From Chrysomallon squamiferum (lineage: Eukaryota; Animalia; Mollusca): a stretch of 64,000 nucleotides of DNA. Positions within the stretch are counted from its first letter, which is position 1. Each line of letters opens with the position of its first letter. The notes below the pieces were generated by a model. It ran no database searches. It was not told the origin of the DNA and saw nothing but the letters and a program-made list of their open reading frames with translations. Shown here piece after piece: positions 1 to 34,266 of the stretch. The position numbers were made by a program, and so were the translations under genes. The stretch covers positions 7,936,001-8,000,000 of the forward strand of contig CM022679.1 in assembly GCA_012295275.1 (NCBI GenBank), written 5' to 3'.

Positions 1-1334
1 TCGTCCCGAGGCGTACAGCGACAGCACGGCTTGGATGGAGACGTAAAATGCTGGCGTTTTGAACACGTCGAACATTAACGTGAGCATTTTCTCGCGGTTC
101 ATCTTTGGGTTGAGGGGCGCCTCTGTCATGAGCACGGGGTGTTCTTCCGGAGATATCCGCAGCTCGTTGTAGAATGTGTGGTGCCAGATTTTCTCCATGT
201 CATCCCAGTTAGTGACGATCCCGTGCTCTATTGGATACATCAAGCTCAGTACGCCCCTTTTATTCTGTGCCTCTTCGCCAATGTAGGAGTCCTTTTTCTC
301 CGTTCCAACCATAACTCCCTGAAAAGCAGAAGAAATTATAAAAATTCTTAAATAATTTATGTTCAAAAGGATTATTAAATGTATAAATCTGGAAGCAGTA
401 CTTATTCGTTACTGTGGGATAAGAAAAGTATTTCGTGTGGGCGCCTATAGTTATTTAAGTCATTATAGAAGGATACATTTTCATACACTCCGATTTTGTG
501 TAAACACATATGAACAGCGTTTTAACTGAGCAGGTTGATGTCGTCTCATTTGGTTGACTTCCCATTTGGTCGAAATAACTCGTCTACCGAAATACCTGAT
601 TACCTGGCCTCTTCATGTTCATACAATTTTTTTTATATATATAGACAGACAATGGTTTATTTACCAACGTACATAAATCTGACTACCTTGTGCATGTAAT
701 GAACATGGGCTCTTCATAGTTTTTCATAGTTTCTCCATGGCCTTTTGTGACTAAAATTCTGTACATACAAACTTTCATTAGAGAAGGACAATGTTGTTTT
801 TTTTTGGCTTTTTTTTACCAAGATATGTTCTCCATGGTCTATTGACTATATAAGAAGTTTTTGAAAAACAAAAACAAATCACATTTACCATTCTGAGAAT
901 GGCTGATCTAGGCAAGGTATAATTAGTGCAGTCAAATCTTGTTAAGCAGGAATTATATTTTATTGATACAGACTGTAATATGATCCAGTGTACATAAATC
1001 TATTGTCATTGACTATCAGTACGAATATCTGTGAAGTAATATGCAATATTTCCCAAGACACACATCAATCGTCATTGAAGTGATTATATTCTCTCATGGG
1101 CTGGCAACATTTAGAAAGTTTAAACACTCTGATTAGCTCCTGTCTGTCTCTCGCAAATAGCTTATAGTCGAATGTATCTATTTGTTTTTGTATGTGTGTT
1201 GTGTGTGTATTTAGGTATGAACTGAAACTGAAACTGAAACTGAAAACAATTAACGTGCTAATCAGAGCTAGCTGTTGTGAAGCACGTCTACGACGGGCAC
1301 ACTTTCTGACAGGTCGAATGTATCTATTTGTTTT

Positions 1335-1369
<35 letters not shown>

Positions 1370-1961
1370 GTGTGTTTAGGTATGAATATTCTCCGTCTTA
1401 TTTTAGTCTGATTAGACTGCACGCAGACAGCATTCGAGAACAAACTGGAACAGGAGGACAAAGTCCAATCGCGACCTCAGAAATGTCAGATGCCATCAAC
1501 GAGATTTGTATGCCGAATAAATAAATAAATGAAATGAAATGAAAAGAAATAAATAATAAAGAAGCCACAGTTCTTAATGAATACGGTTTTGCAGTTATTA
1601 ATACAAACACTTGTACGTTTTTAGTATAAAAACATCTAATATTTTACGTCAGTAATAAAATTAGTTTGAACAACAATAACAGAAAAAAATGAAACATAAA
1701 ATAATAATAAAAAAAAATTATAATTGTGTGAAAAATTATTTGGTAGCTAAACAGAGTTTTACTGAAATATTAAAAAAAAGATTTACATATCCAGTTTGAT
1801 ATCTATGTGGATAATATACCCGATACATGTTATTTCTAAAGAAAATATACATTTTTAATTCTAGTTCTTTAAATATAACAGAGTTTATCGTGGTAAACTT
1901 TCGAACATAAAAACAAAAAACAAAATAAAATAAAATATAGTTAGTGTATTTAAAAATAACG

Positions 1962-2038
<77 letters not shown>

Positions 2039-2236
2039 TAATAATAATAACAATAACAAAAATAGTATAATGTAAATAAATAAATAAAGAAATAACAAAA
2101 TGCCGTTCACCTGATGACGTGGTCTCCCCACAATCGAGGGGAACACGCACCTGGGGGCATCGTCTCCTGAAAACCCCGCCTTGCACATCCCAGAACCGTT
2201 ATCTACCACTACAGCAACTACCTCGTCATCCGCCAT
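1..2236 (-). CDS. Actin, divergent paralogue; 5' part only (exon 1 2111-2236, exon 2 <1-318; continues beyond window start)
   Basis: Exon 1 is [42 protein letters not shown], ending CAG|GTGAAC. The intron (319-2110) ends TTTTCAG. Exon 2 reads [78 protein letters not shown]...[11 protein letters not shown]. The intron is at the conserved actin 41/42 position. Confidence 0.95.
938..1500 (-). mobile_element. tRNA-derived SINE, copy 1 (head truncated, carries a nested insertion), in the actin intron
   Basis: Colinear with 2995-3492; shared blocks include ctgtaatatgatccagtgtacataaat, ggctggcaac.tttagaaagt, tctgattagac and aacaaactggaacaggaggacaaa. Confidence 0.75.
1222..1312 (-). mobile_element. 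5'-truncated retroposon 3' end with (TTTCAG)n tail, nested in SINE copy 1
   Basis: Minus strand reads ...gcacgttaattgttttcagtttcagtttcagtttcag. It is flanked by a direct duplication gtcgaatgtatctatttgtttt-(tg)n-tttaggtatgaa (1167-1221 and 1313-1386) and is absent from the other SINE copies. Confidence 0.6.
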
Positions 2237-2390
2237 TGTACCACGCCCTTCTTCTCTGTCACAGCGGATTAAAATTGTTACAGAAGTCTTCGCCAGTGTT
2301 TACACTTTGCAGAAATATGGTTTTCCAAGAAAATCGATGACACCCGGGCTGTTATTTTTTTTTTACAAAGGTGTCGTTTTGGCGAGCTTT

Positions 2391-2400
2391 CCTTATTTGG
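2391..2400. promoter_or_regulatory. CArG box (SRF site) upstream of actin
   Basis: CCTTATTTGG matches CC(A/T)6GG exactly, about 155 bp upstream of the actin ATG. CArG boxes are typical of actin promoters. Confidence 0.6.
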
Positions 2401-2516
2401 AAGACTGATGAATATCTGTATATCTGACATTACGTCGTTTGGTTAACACTTTTTAATTAGTACTTTCATGTAGTCGTTTCCAATATCCGTACAAAAATTA
2501 CTGATGATTAATGATA

Positions 2517-2647
2517 GTGTGTATGTATGTATATGTATGTATATGTATGTATGTATGTATGAATGTTTGTATGTATGTATGTTTGTGTATATGAATGTTT
2601 GTATGTATGTATATATGTATGTGTGTGTGTGTGTGTGTATATATGTA

Positions 2648-2694
<47 letters not shown>

Positions 2695-2752
2695 ATGTGT
2701 GTGTATATGCATGCATATATATATATATGTATGTATGTATATGTATATACAC
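2517..2752. repeat. Compound (TATG)n/(TG)n/(TA)n microsatellite
   Basis: Directly visible; it explains the V/C/Y/M- and H/T/Y/I-rich ORFs. Confidence 0.95.
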
Positions 2753-2862
2753 AAACACATTTATAGACAGACAGATATACAATTACTTTTAATTTTTTTA
2801 TTTTGATTTTATTATTATTATTTTTTAAATGCACCTTTACTAGTAGTAATTATTTATGCATG

Positions 2863-2896
<34 letters not shown>

Positions 2897-2994
2897 TCTT
2901 GTGAAAACCTTTTTCTTAAGTTTACTGCATTATTCCCATAAATGAATATATTCATAATTACAGTTATCTCTATCAGTCTTGGTTGTGTATAGTC

Positions 2995-3492
2995 TTTGTT
3001 AAGCAGAAATCATATTTTACTGATACTGTAATATGATCCAGTGTACATAAATATATTGCTATTCACTGGTTGCATGTATATATCTCTGAAGTAATAAGTG
3101 GTATTTCGCAAATCACACAAGTGGTCATTGGTTTGTTGAAGTAATTATATCCTGTCACTGGCTGGCAACGTTTAGAAAGTCTACACACTCTGATTAACTC
3201 TTGTCTGTCTCTTACGAATAGCTCTTATTGAAATGTATCTGTTTTTTAGTACGAATGCGCGTATGTATGTATGTATGTGTGTATGTGTTCAGGTAAGAAT
3301 ATTCTTCGTCTTATGTACGTCTGATTAGACGCTGAACGAGTTCAGTAGCCGGGAACAAACTGGAACAGGAGGACAAAAAAACTGAACCGACACAGGATAA
3401 CGTCAGAATCCGCTCCCGAGACTCGAACCTATGTCATTCATTCTCCCCACTCCGAAGGCGGTCCACGATACCACTTGTACATCAAGACAACT
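2995..3492 (-). mobile_element. tRNA-derived SINE, copy 2 (most complete)
   Basis: Minus-strand head agttgtcttgaTGTACAAGTGG (A-box-like) ...ccttcgga... GGTTCGAGTC (B box, 3420-3429). The body is shared with 938-1500 and 10224-10620. Confidence 0.75.
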
Positions 3493-4265
3493 TATGTATG
3501 TATGTATGTATGCATGAATGTATGTGTGTATGGATATATGCATTTATGTATGTATGTACGTTTATGTATGTGTATTTATGTATGTATCTGTATATGTATG
3601 TATGCATGTATGTATGTATGGACATATGCATTTATGTACGTATGTACGTATGTTCGTTTATGTATATGTATGTATGTATGTATGCATGTATGTATGTATG
3701 TATGTATGTATGTATGTATGTATGTATGTATGTATGTATGTATGTATGTATGTATGTATGTATGTATGTATGTTTATATGTACGTACCTATATACAGGTA
3801 CCGGACCAATCATCCGGACTTCTTGGGGCATTACGGATTTCTGGATTTTCCGGTTTTCTGGTACCAGGGCATCTAAATACGTAAATAATTAGGAATAAAC
3901 ATTTTAAAATTAAAAACATAAAGAAAATTGATGATACACAACTGTGGCGATATGACATGTAAACCACGCGGAGAGTGAATCAACGCTACGCGGCTTGAAA
4001 GAGTAGTTCCGGTCTGGTGAGGACAACATCCGCGCGCGCAAACTAGGAAAAAACTTCCGGTTTTCTGGTCTTTCCGGAGTTCAGGACGCCGGATAATTGG
4101 TCCGGTACCTGTATATGTGTAAGAATGTAATGTGGATTATGTATGTATATATATATTTTATATGTATTATGCATTGTATGTATGTATATATATTTATATG
4201 TATGTATGTAAGTATGTGTGAATATTTATATTTATGTATGTATGAATATTTATATGTAAGTATGT
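3493..4265. repeat. Long (TATG)n microsatellite tract interrupted by a MITE
   Basis: Directly visible TATG repeats on both sides of 3795-4111. Confidence 0.9.
3795..4111. mobile_element. MITE, Tc1/mariner(pogo)-like, 317 bp
   Basis: 23-bp TIR CAGGTACCGGACCAAT(C/T)ATCCGG with 1 mismatch, TA on both flanks, no coding capacity. Confidence 0.85.
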
Positions 4266-5249
4266 TTTACAGGTGATGAACAAATATGACGCAAATAGAT
4301 TCAGAAATAAAGTTTCTACTTTTTTTTTTTTTTTCTTAAATATTATATTTATTTATTTTTCTTTTATTATATTTATTTATTTATTCATTATTTCGTTTTT
4401 TTACCTTTTCTTTCTCATGATATATCTATTTACAGACACCAGATCCACTGTCAAGAAAGCCTAACTTTAGTAGATATATAGATCTGCAGTTCTGCATCTA
4501 CTGTTGATTTTAACAGGGCCATCTAACACATTCCTTCATTTATTTATTTTTTATTTCATTTTTTAAAAATTAATAATATACAAAGTAGTATTTTAATTAT
4601 AAGAACTAAAATAAAAACAATTATTATTCTATATGTGTTTTATTTCTGCTATTGCTGCAGTTGTTGTTATGCCAAAAATAGCAATGGACAACTTCATGGA
4701 ATAAAAAAGTGTAATTAGTTTCAAGTCTCGTGTAGTTTCATGTCACATGATGCATTTATCTAATTTTTATTGTAGAATTTAAATTTGTTTACAACTAAGA
4801 AATAACATTAATAAATAAAGTCAAATTTATTTTGAGGTTCTTGGTGCTTTGGAATTTTCTTCAACTCTGGTTTTGATTGAAAGAAAATTGTTGTAGACTG
4901 ACCAGTGCAGAAAGTGTAACTTTTTTGTAAATACTTATTTAACTCTATGTCAGTCACTGATTCTAATTTTATTGAATAAACTAACATATACATTTAATAC
5001 TGTTAACATCTAGAAAAAAAGAAAAAAAAAAACCCAGAAGAACATGAACATGTAGATGAATACATTTCAGCATGAACTGAATAGTTATTTTTCATAATGA
5101 TGTAATATAATTTATTTATCTGTATAAACTACAACACTCTGAGTAAGATGTCTCAGTGATTTGCTATCTACTAAACCATTAAGTTTATTCATTTATAATG
5201 TGTTGTGTATTATCTCTTCAAAACACATTGATTATAATTCCATGAAATA

Positions 5250-5930
5250 TTCAGCATACCTGTCCCACTGAGTCTGGCTTCAGTGACATCTGATATACAA
5301 TCTGGACATTCCACCAAACCAGACCTACTCAACAAAAAATACTACACAACAACAAACAATTAATCATTGAGTGGCTACCAGCACATGTTGGCATTATCAG
5401 CAAAGAACTTGCTGACCATTATGCCAAAGAGTCACTCAATGTGAAAGACGAAGACATCTGCACTGACATACACTATGGAAGAAATGAAATTCTATCCATC
5501 ACAGCCAAACATTATGACAAACAGTGGCAAAATGAATTGAATATCACTAGAAACATCTGACACTTCAATATTAAACCACTCATTAAAACACCTAAAATCA
5601 CTCTGACAAACTACACAACTGTCTTACAAAACTTAGAATCAGGTATTCAACTAACCTAAACGCAATCAGATTCAAATGTAAAATCACCACATCACCCAAC
5701 TGCAGCTGTGGACTTTCAGAAATCATGAAACATTACTTGTTTCATTGTCCAATCTTTGCCAAAGAATGACTAATGCTGTTTGATGAACACATTTGATGAA
5801 CTAAAAACTGAATTCACACTTAAGAATATCCTGCAACAGCTATGAAAAACAGAAAGCTAGTCCTTGCTGCAATAACAACTTACCTCACAAACTTTAATTC
5901 AAACGCACAAATCTTTGAATAAATAACTAC
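5250..5930 (+). mobile_element. Decayed non-LTR retrotransposon 3' fragment (RNase H plus CCHC knuckle; I-group-like)
   Basis: 5360-5434 encodes LIIEWLPAHVGIISKELADHYAKES, matching the RNase H motif W.P.H.GI.GNE.AD..AK. About 5695-5751 encodes PNCSCGLSEIMKHYLFHCP, a C-terminal zinc knuckle. The region contains frameshifts and stops. Confidence 0.75.
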
Positions 5931-6549
5931 AAAAACATAACTTAAAATAACACACACAATCATTTAACAGTTTGAAAAAAAAAACACAACAAATTTAAAT
6001 TTTTTATTTTTTTTTATTTTTATAAAATTAAAATGATACACACATTACTTGACACAATTACAAACAAAATACCAAGCAAACACACTTTATACAAAACAAT
6101 AAAATAATAATTTAATTGCCTTATTGATTAATTGGTTGAGTAGCTGATTGATCTGCTGATGGATCAGCTGACTGACATATTAATTGACTATCTAATTAAA
6201 CTAATTTAAATAAAAATATTAAAAAAATAATAATTAAAAAAACTTACTTTCAGACTAAAGGACCAAATACTAACCACATTATTGGAACATAAAATTGTAC
6301 ATAATATTTTAAATAAGTTAACTACTTTCTTATCCTTTTCAGATGCACAACTAAAACGTCATTTCTGGCTTGAAAAAGGAAATAAAAAATAAAAAACCTG
6401 ATATAGGTCAAATGAAAGTTTGTCAACACCTGCAAATATATTCAGCACAAGTTGATTACTACTGTTATTATTAAACTGCTGTCGCTGTTTTTATTCTTGT
6501 TGATAGAAGCATTTATTTTGATTGTTTTATTATTTATTCTTCATTATTG

Positions 6550-6590
<41 letters not shown>

Positions 6591-6964
6591 GTTATTGTTT
6601 GTTGTTTTTTTTGTTGTTGTTGTTTGATTTTTGTGTTGATTTTTTTTTTCCTTTTACATCTTATTTTGTTCATGTATATATAATATTTTTTAAACCAGTA
6701 AAGAGACCACTGGCAAAAACAAACAAAAATAAGTTGCAAATTGTTGGATGATAAATAACCAGCCAACAAGGAGATGAACATGTCAAAAGCACCCTTGTGA
6801 ATCTGTTGTTGATGACAACAACAAATTGAATGAAATGCACAAATCCTGAAACACCAACAAGTAGAAAAAACAGCAAAACACCAAAACCAGTTTGTTATTA
6901 TGATCTGCCCATCACTTGTGTTCTGCAGGAGTAATGAGAATCTCTTTCTCTTTCCTTTACTGTT

Positions 6965-9810
6965 ATGTGAGGGACTGAACTAAAAGCACCAAGATAATCT
7001 AAAGATACATAAACACCATTAACATGTCTGAGGTTTATGCCTCCTTGTTTAAACAAAGACTTGGGAAATTCCTCCAAGACACTTGGGACATGAATATATG
7101 GTAAACACTGTCACTGATACTATCTTAAGACAAACATTTGAGATAAATAACCCTAAGAGCGACAATTAAGGGCATCTGGTTAGGAAACAAATTTAAATTA
7201 AAGATTCCTGGAGAGGTCAGTTGTAATCTGATAAAAACACAGTTGACACTTGATACACTGAAATATGTGATAATGAATTTAAAGCTTAAGTAAATTTGTA
7301 ATCAAAATAATACTAATTTGAGGAAAAAAGCACCAGAAATTAAAATATTAATTTAAATAAAAATTTAAGTTCTTATAAAATACATTACTGGCTTTTCACC
7401 ATTTTATCTGATGTTTGGAAGACACACTCAACTTCCAATCAACTGTCTTCTGGGTGAAAACAATGGCAAGAAAGACAGAAAAAGATGGAGAAGATGCCAC
7501 CAGAATAGATACAGGAGCATCAAGAAAAGCTAGGTTATGCCTATAAAAAAGCAGGGGACATACCAGAATTGAGACAGAGGTGAGGAAGGCTTGCCATGAT
7601 GAAGTGCTTTCAGAAAACAAGATAACATCTGATTTTCTTGTGTATCTCAGGGACAGAAACATCCAGGACAAGAAAAAGATACATGACCACTGAAGAAGTC
7701 AACTGTACAGAGTTACTGAAATGCTGATTCAAGATGGAAGGTTATACAAAGTCTCACCTCTGGAAAATGACAAAGATATAAGGGGGTAAAGAGATCAGAG
7801 ATGAAACAAGAGTTATGTTACATACAACCAGAAAGATGATTTGATGGAGGTTGAACATCCATCAGACAATGAAGAAACAACCAGTCTATTGCATTAGATG
7901 TAACATCATCTAGTGAGGATGAAGATCCACATCAACTTTTGGTAAACAATGTAGTACCACCATCTCATGCACAAAACGTACCTACCAGAGGACAACAAAA
8001 GATAAAAACTGAAACCAATATAACCTGCCAGCAATCACTAATGAGAAAGTTTGTCTATCTACATTATCAAATGAAGATGTTCTGATCAGACTTAGTGATA
8101 TATTAACACAACAGGCAATTAAAGAGGTAAGTAGTGCTTTGAGTTACAGAGATACCTAATAATGTAGAATTCCAAAGAAGATTGCATAACAGATTAAAAC
8201 AGTATCAAGTGTTGCTGGTCTGTCATTTGTCTTCAAACAGCCAGTTGCTATGCTCATGTCAATGTCTGACATGAAATGTACTTCAAACAAAAATAGAGAT
8301 TGGTAGATTATACTTCATAATATAACATAAGTAGTTTTTAGAAATTTCTACTTTAAAACAGCAATTTTATTGGTTTCACAAAATAGTTAATCATCTTATG
8401 AATTTTTTCAAGGATGTAAAATGTTAAGTATAAGCAGGGGAGTTTGTGAGGGACTGAACTAAAAGCACCAAGCATAATCTAAAGATACATAAACACCATT
8501 AATGTGTCTGAGGTTTATTTCTTATTGTTTAAACATAAAGTACTTGAGAAATTCCTCCAAGACACCTGGGACATTAGATATATGGTAAATACTGAAACGT
8601 GTTATCTTAATGAACCCAGGACAGCAATGGTTTGCCAGTACTGGTCAGGGATGTGTTATCTGTATCACTGCAGTGAAAAAAGAGTTCAAGAGAGAACAAA
8701 GAATATCTGGCAAGGGAGAAAGACGTTTGGGCCAATTCTTTGCAGTATAACTACGATATTATCATTTATAATGTTATGCTATTGTCTATCATGGTGTACA
8801 ATCAGACAGAGAAATTAAAAATAAAATCAAAATCAAACTTGTGTTGTTTTTGTGTGAGGATGCTATTTGTTTTTCTTATCACTGTTATTTTTATATATTT
8901 ATTATTATTATTATTATATATGTCATTACAATTAACAAAAAGTCACAAAACAAACCGAGAGTATTTTACATTTGTTTACTAATTACGTCACGCATTTGTG
9001 CTTCTATGGTTACATCATCTAAGAGAGAACAACCATCAAGGCAATAAGAAAATTCTGGTGCACTCAGTAAATATAATATGTGTACCAGTGGGTTCTGTGA
9101 AAGTCAAAATATTTGGATATTCAACTGAAAAGATAAAGCTGAAAGAATGGGTGGGTGCCAAGAAGTGAAGTATTCACCTGAAGAGGCTCAGCTGAAAAAT
9201 CCGGTACGCATAATTATTTGTTTTAATATGTGCACTGGTGGATCCAAATGAACTTTCATATATTGGAGGCTTGGAAAATGCAAAGAGAAGTAGAAGTCTC
9301 CAACAGATGAAGCAAAGTTGAAAAATCCAGTGCACATTAAAATATGTCAAAATATTCATATCGTCAGTCAGAAAGATAAAACTGAAAGGCAACAGGATTC
9401 AGCAAAAAATAAAAGACTTTTCACAAGCCTCAGACAAATTGAATATTCACATAAAAGAAAGGAGGAAACTGCATCAAATTTTCTCCCATGTGGAGATGGA
9501 GGAGAGGAGGCACCAGCAACAAACCAGGAATTGTGAAACTATGGATCAAAATGAAATCTTATATCGCGATGAACTTTGTCAGAAGATACTCCAAAAAGAT
9601 ATTCACGTCAAAGGTAGAGTCAGTTTTTGATGAAGATGATATTTTTCACCAGCATCAACAAGGCTTGAGCAGTCAACAGGACACTGCTTCCAATTTGTCT
9701 GATAAGGAGATGGAGAACATAAAGCTGAAATGTGGAGAGGCACTAGCAAGAAACCAGGAATTGTTAAACTATGGATCAAAATGAAATCTAATATCATGAT
9801 GAACTTTGTA
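6965..9810 (+). pseudogene. Probable decayed gene or element with internal duplications; family unidentified
   Basis: Purine-rich, coding-like blocks at about 7440-8126 (ending GAG|GTAAGT) and about 9100-9790, with many stops. Duplicated segments: 6967-7130/8446-8610 and about 9470-9580/9685-9810. Confidence 0.35.
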
Positions 9811-10223
9811 AAATTTCGCAAATTTAAATAATAATGTAAATTAAAAATCTGTTTAATAATGTTTTTATTTAAAAGGCATTTTATTTATTATTATTTTATT
9901 TATTTATTTATTTATAATATATATATTTAAATTTAACTTTTTTGTAAATGAACATATTTAGAGATGATTCACAGTATATCTCTGGTTATATTTAGGAAGT
10001 TTATTCTTAAAGATCTGTTTCTGCAAGGAAAATAGTAAACCTGTAATTAAATTTAACAAACATTCATACATACTAACATAAACATAAATACACACACACA
10101 CACACACACATACATATACATACATACACATAAATATTCACACATACATATAAATATACAGATACATACATACATACATAAAATATATATACATAACACA
10201 TACATACATACATACATACATAA

Positions 10224-10620
10224 AGTTGTCTTGATGGTTAAGTGGTTTCATTGCCTGACTTCGGAATTCTGGCTAATGGGTGACAAACTTTTGAATTTTG
10301 TCAGAGGCAAATGATGTTTCTGAAATCATGATTGGACTTTGTCCTCCTGTTCCCGTTTATTCCTGAATAGTCCGCATGCACAGTCTAATCAGACATACAT
10401 AAGACAGAAAAAATAATTCATAAACACATGCACACACTCATTTATTCATCGATAACTACAAAATATGTCTGGATATTTGCAAGAGGTAGTAATCAGAGTG
10501 TAAACTTTCTAAATGCTGCCAGCCAATGACTGAATATAATCACTTCAACAAACCAATGATGTGTCTTGTAAAATATCACTTGCAACTTGAAGGATACGAC
10601 CAATGAATGACAATGTAACT
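10224..10620 (+). mobile_element. tRNA-derived SINE, copy 3
   Basis: Head agttgtcttgatggttaagtgg...gcctgacttcggaa resembles a tRNA-Arg(TCG) anticodon loop. The body ctttgtcctcctgttcc...cagtctaatcagac...aaactttctaaatgctgccagcca is the reverse complement of copies 1 and 2. Confidence 0.7.
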
Positions 10621-10795
10621 TATTATTTCAATAAGACTCTGTAACAAGTTCCAGTGATATTAAGATAGATATTTTAAAACTGGTTTGATGGCACAAAAAT
10701 ATTATTCTGTATCCTTCAAACAGTTTTACATGTGTGTTAATGAAACAGGATGATACTAGATAAACAGCAGTAATATAAAGTTTAACAAAAACAGA

Positions 10796-10801
10796 TTTAT
10801 T
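10796..10801 (-). terminator. Candidate poly(A) signal of POLR3A
   Basis: AATAAA on the minus strand about 40 nt after the stop codon; position-based only. Confidence 0.45.
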
Positions 10802-10842
10802 GTGACAGTGAGTGATAAAGATGAAAACAAAAATGGTGTCTG

Positions 10843-33776
<22,934 letters not shown>

Positions 33777-34266
33777 TTTGCTCACAATATTTTGCAATGT
33801 TTCCTAATTAGCTTATTCTGAAATAAAATGGTTTTGTAAGTCAGAGCTGATTTTCTTTTCACATGCTTGCAACAATAATTCTTGTTTGTATTTTCTACTT
33901 TTTCTTTCAGGCGCACCACTTTTACATAAAAACGAGACTAATTTATTTTTTGTTTTTAAAGTTTATAACAAATATTTATTCAGGCTACCAGAGAAAAATA
34001 TTCGTTTTAAGAAGACCTTCTGCTAGTTCTAAATAAAATTATAATAATTTTAAGAGTCATTAGCTTGGATTAGTTTAACAGCTGCCTTTGGCGACAATTG
34101 TTGGTCTTAAGTCGGTCAAAACAAAAAACCATTTCGTATTGGAATTTTTATCATTACCTCCTTTGTGAGAACGAGGCATGACTTCCGTTCGGACATATTT
34201 GTTCTGTGAAGAATGATCTGCGTTCTTTTGTGATTTTTTTTTTTTTTTGTGGCCTAATTAAACACA
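33777..34266. promoter_or_regulatory. Bidirectional POLR3A/SF1 promoter region, including a probable POLR3A 5'UTR intron (33818-34157)
   Basis: Divergent ATGs at 33776 and 34267. Minus-strand donor AG|GTAATG at 34157 and acceptor ttttatttcag at 33818. ETS-like ACTTCCG at 34181-34187. Confidence 0.6.

Noticed and set aside
1736-2110. Poly-Leu extension of the actin ORF; similar poly-Leu/Ile tails at 17010-17297 and 60591-60724
   Set aside because: Read-through into intronic (AAT)n/(AAC)n repeats past clear splice donors, or ORFs wholly within such repeats.
3400-3492. Possible tRNA gene (A and B boxes, TCG loop)
   Set aside because: No convincing cloverleaf or terminator, and it is contiguous with a multi-copy body, so it is a SINE head.
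2443-3892. Many overlapping 65-133 aa ORFs rich in V/C/Y/M or H/T/I
   Set aside because: Translations of (TG)n and (TATG)n microsatellites.
10587-10719. GTATCCTTC motifs on both strands forming an 11-bp inverted repeat; another minus-strand copy near 468-476
   Set aside because: No matching U12 branch site or exon context; short matches are expected by chance.
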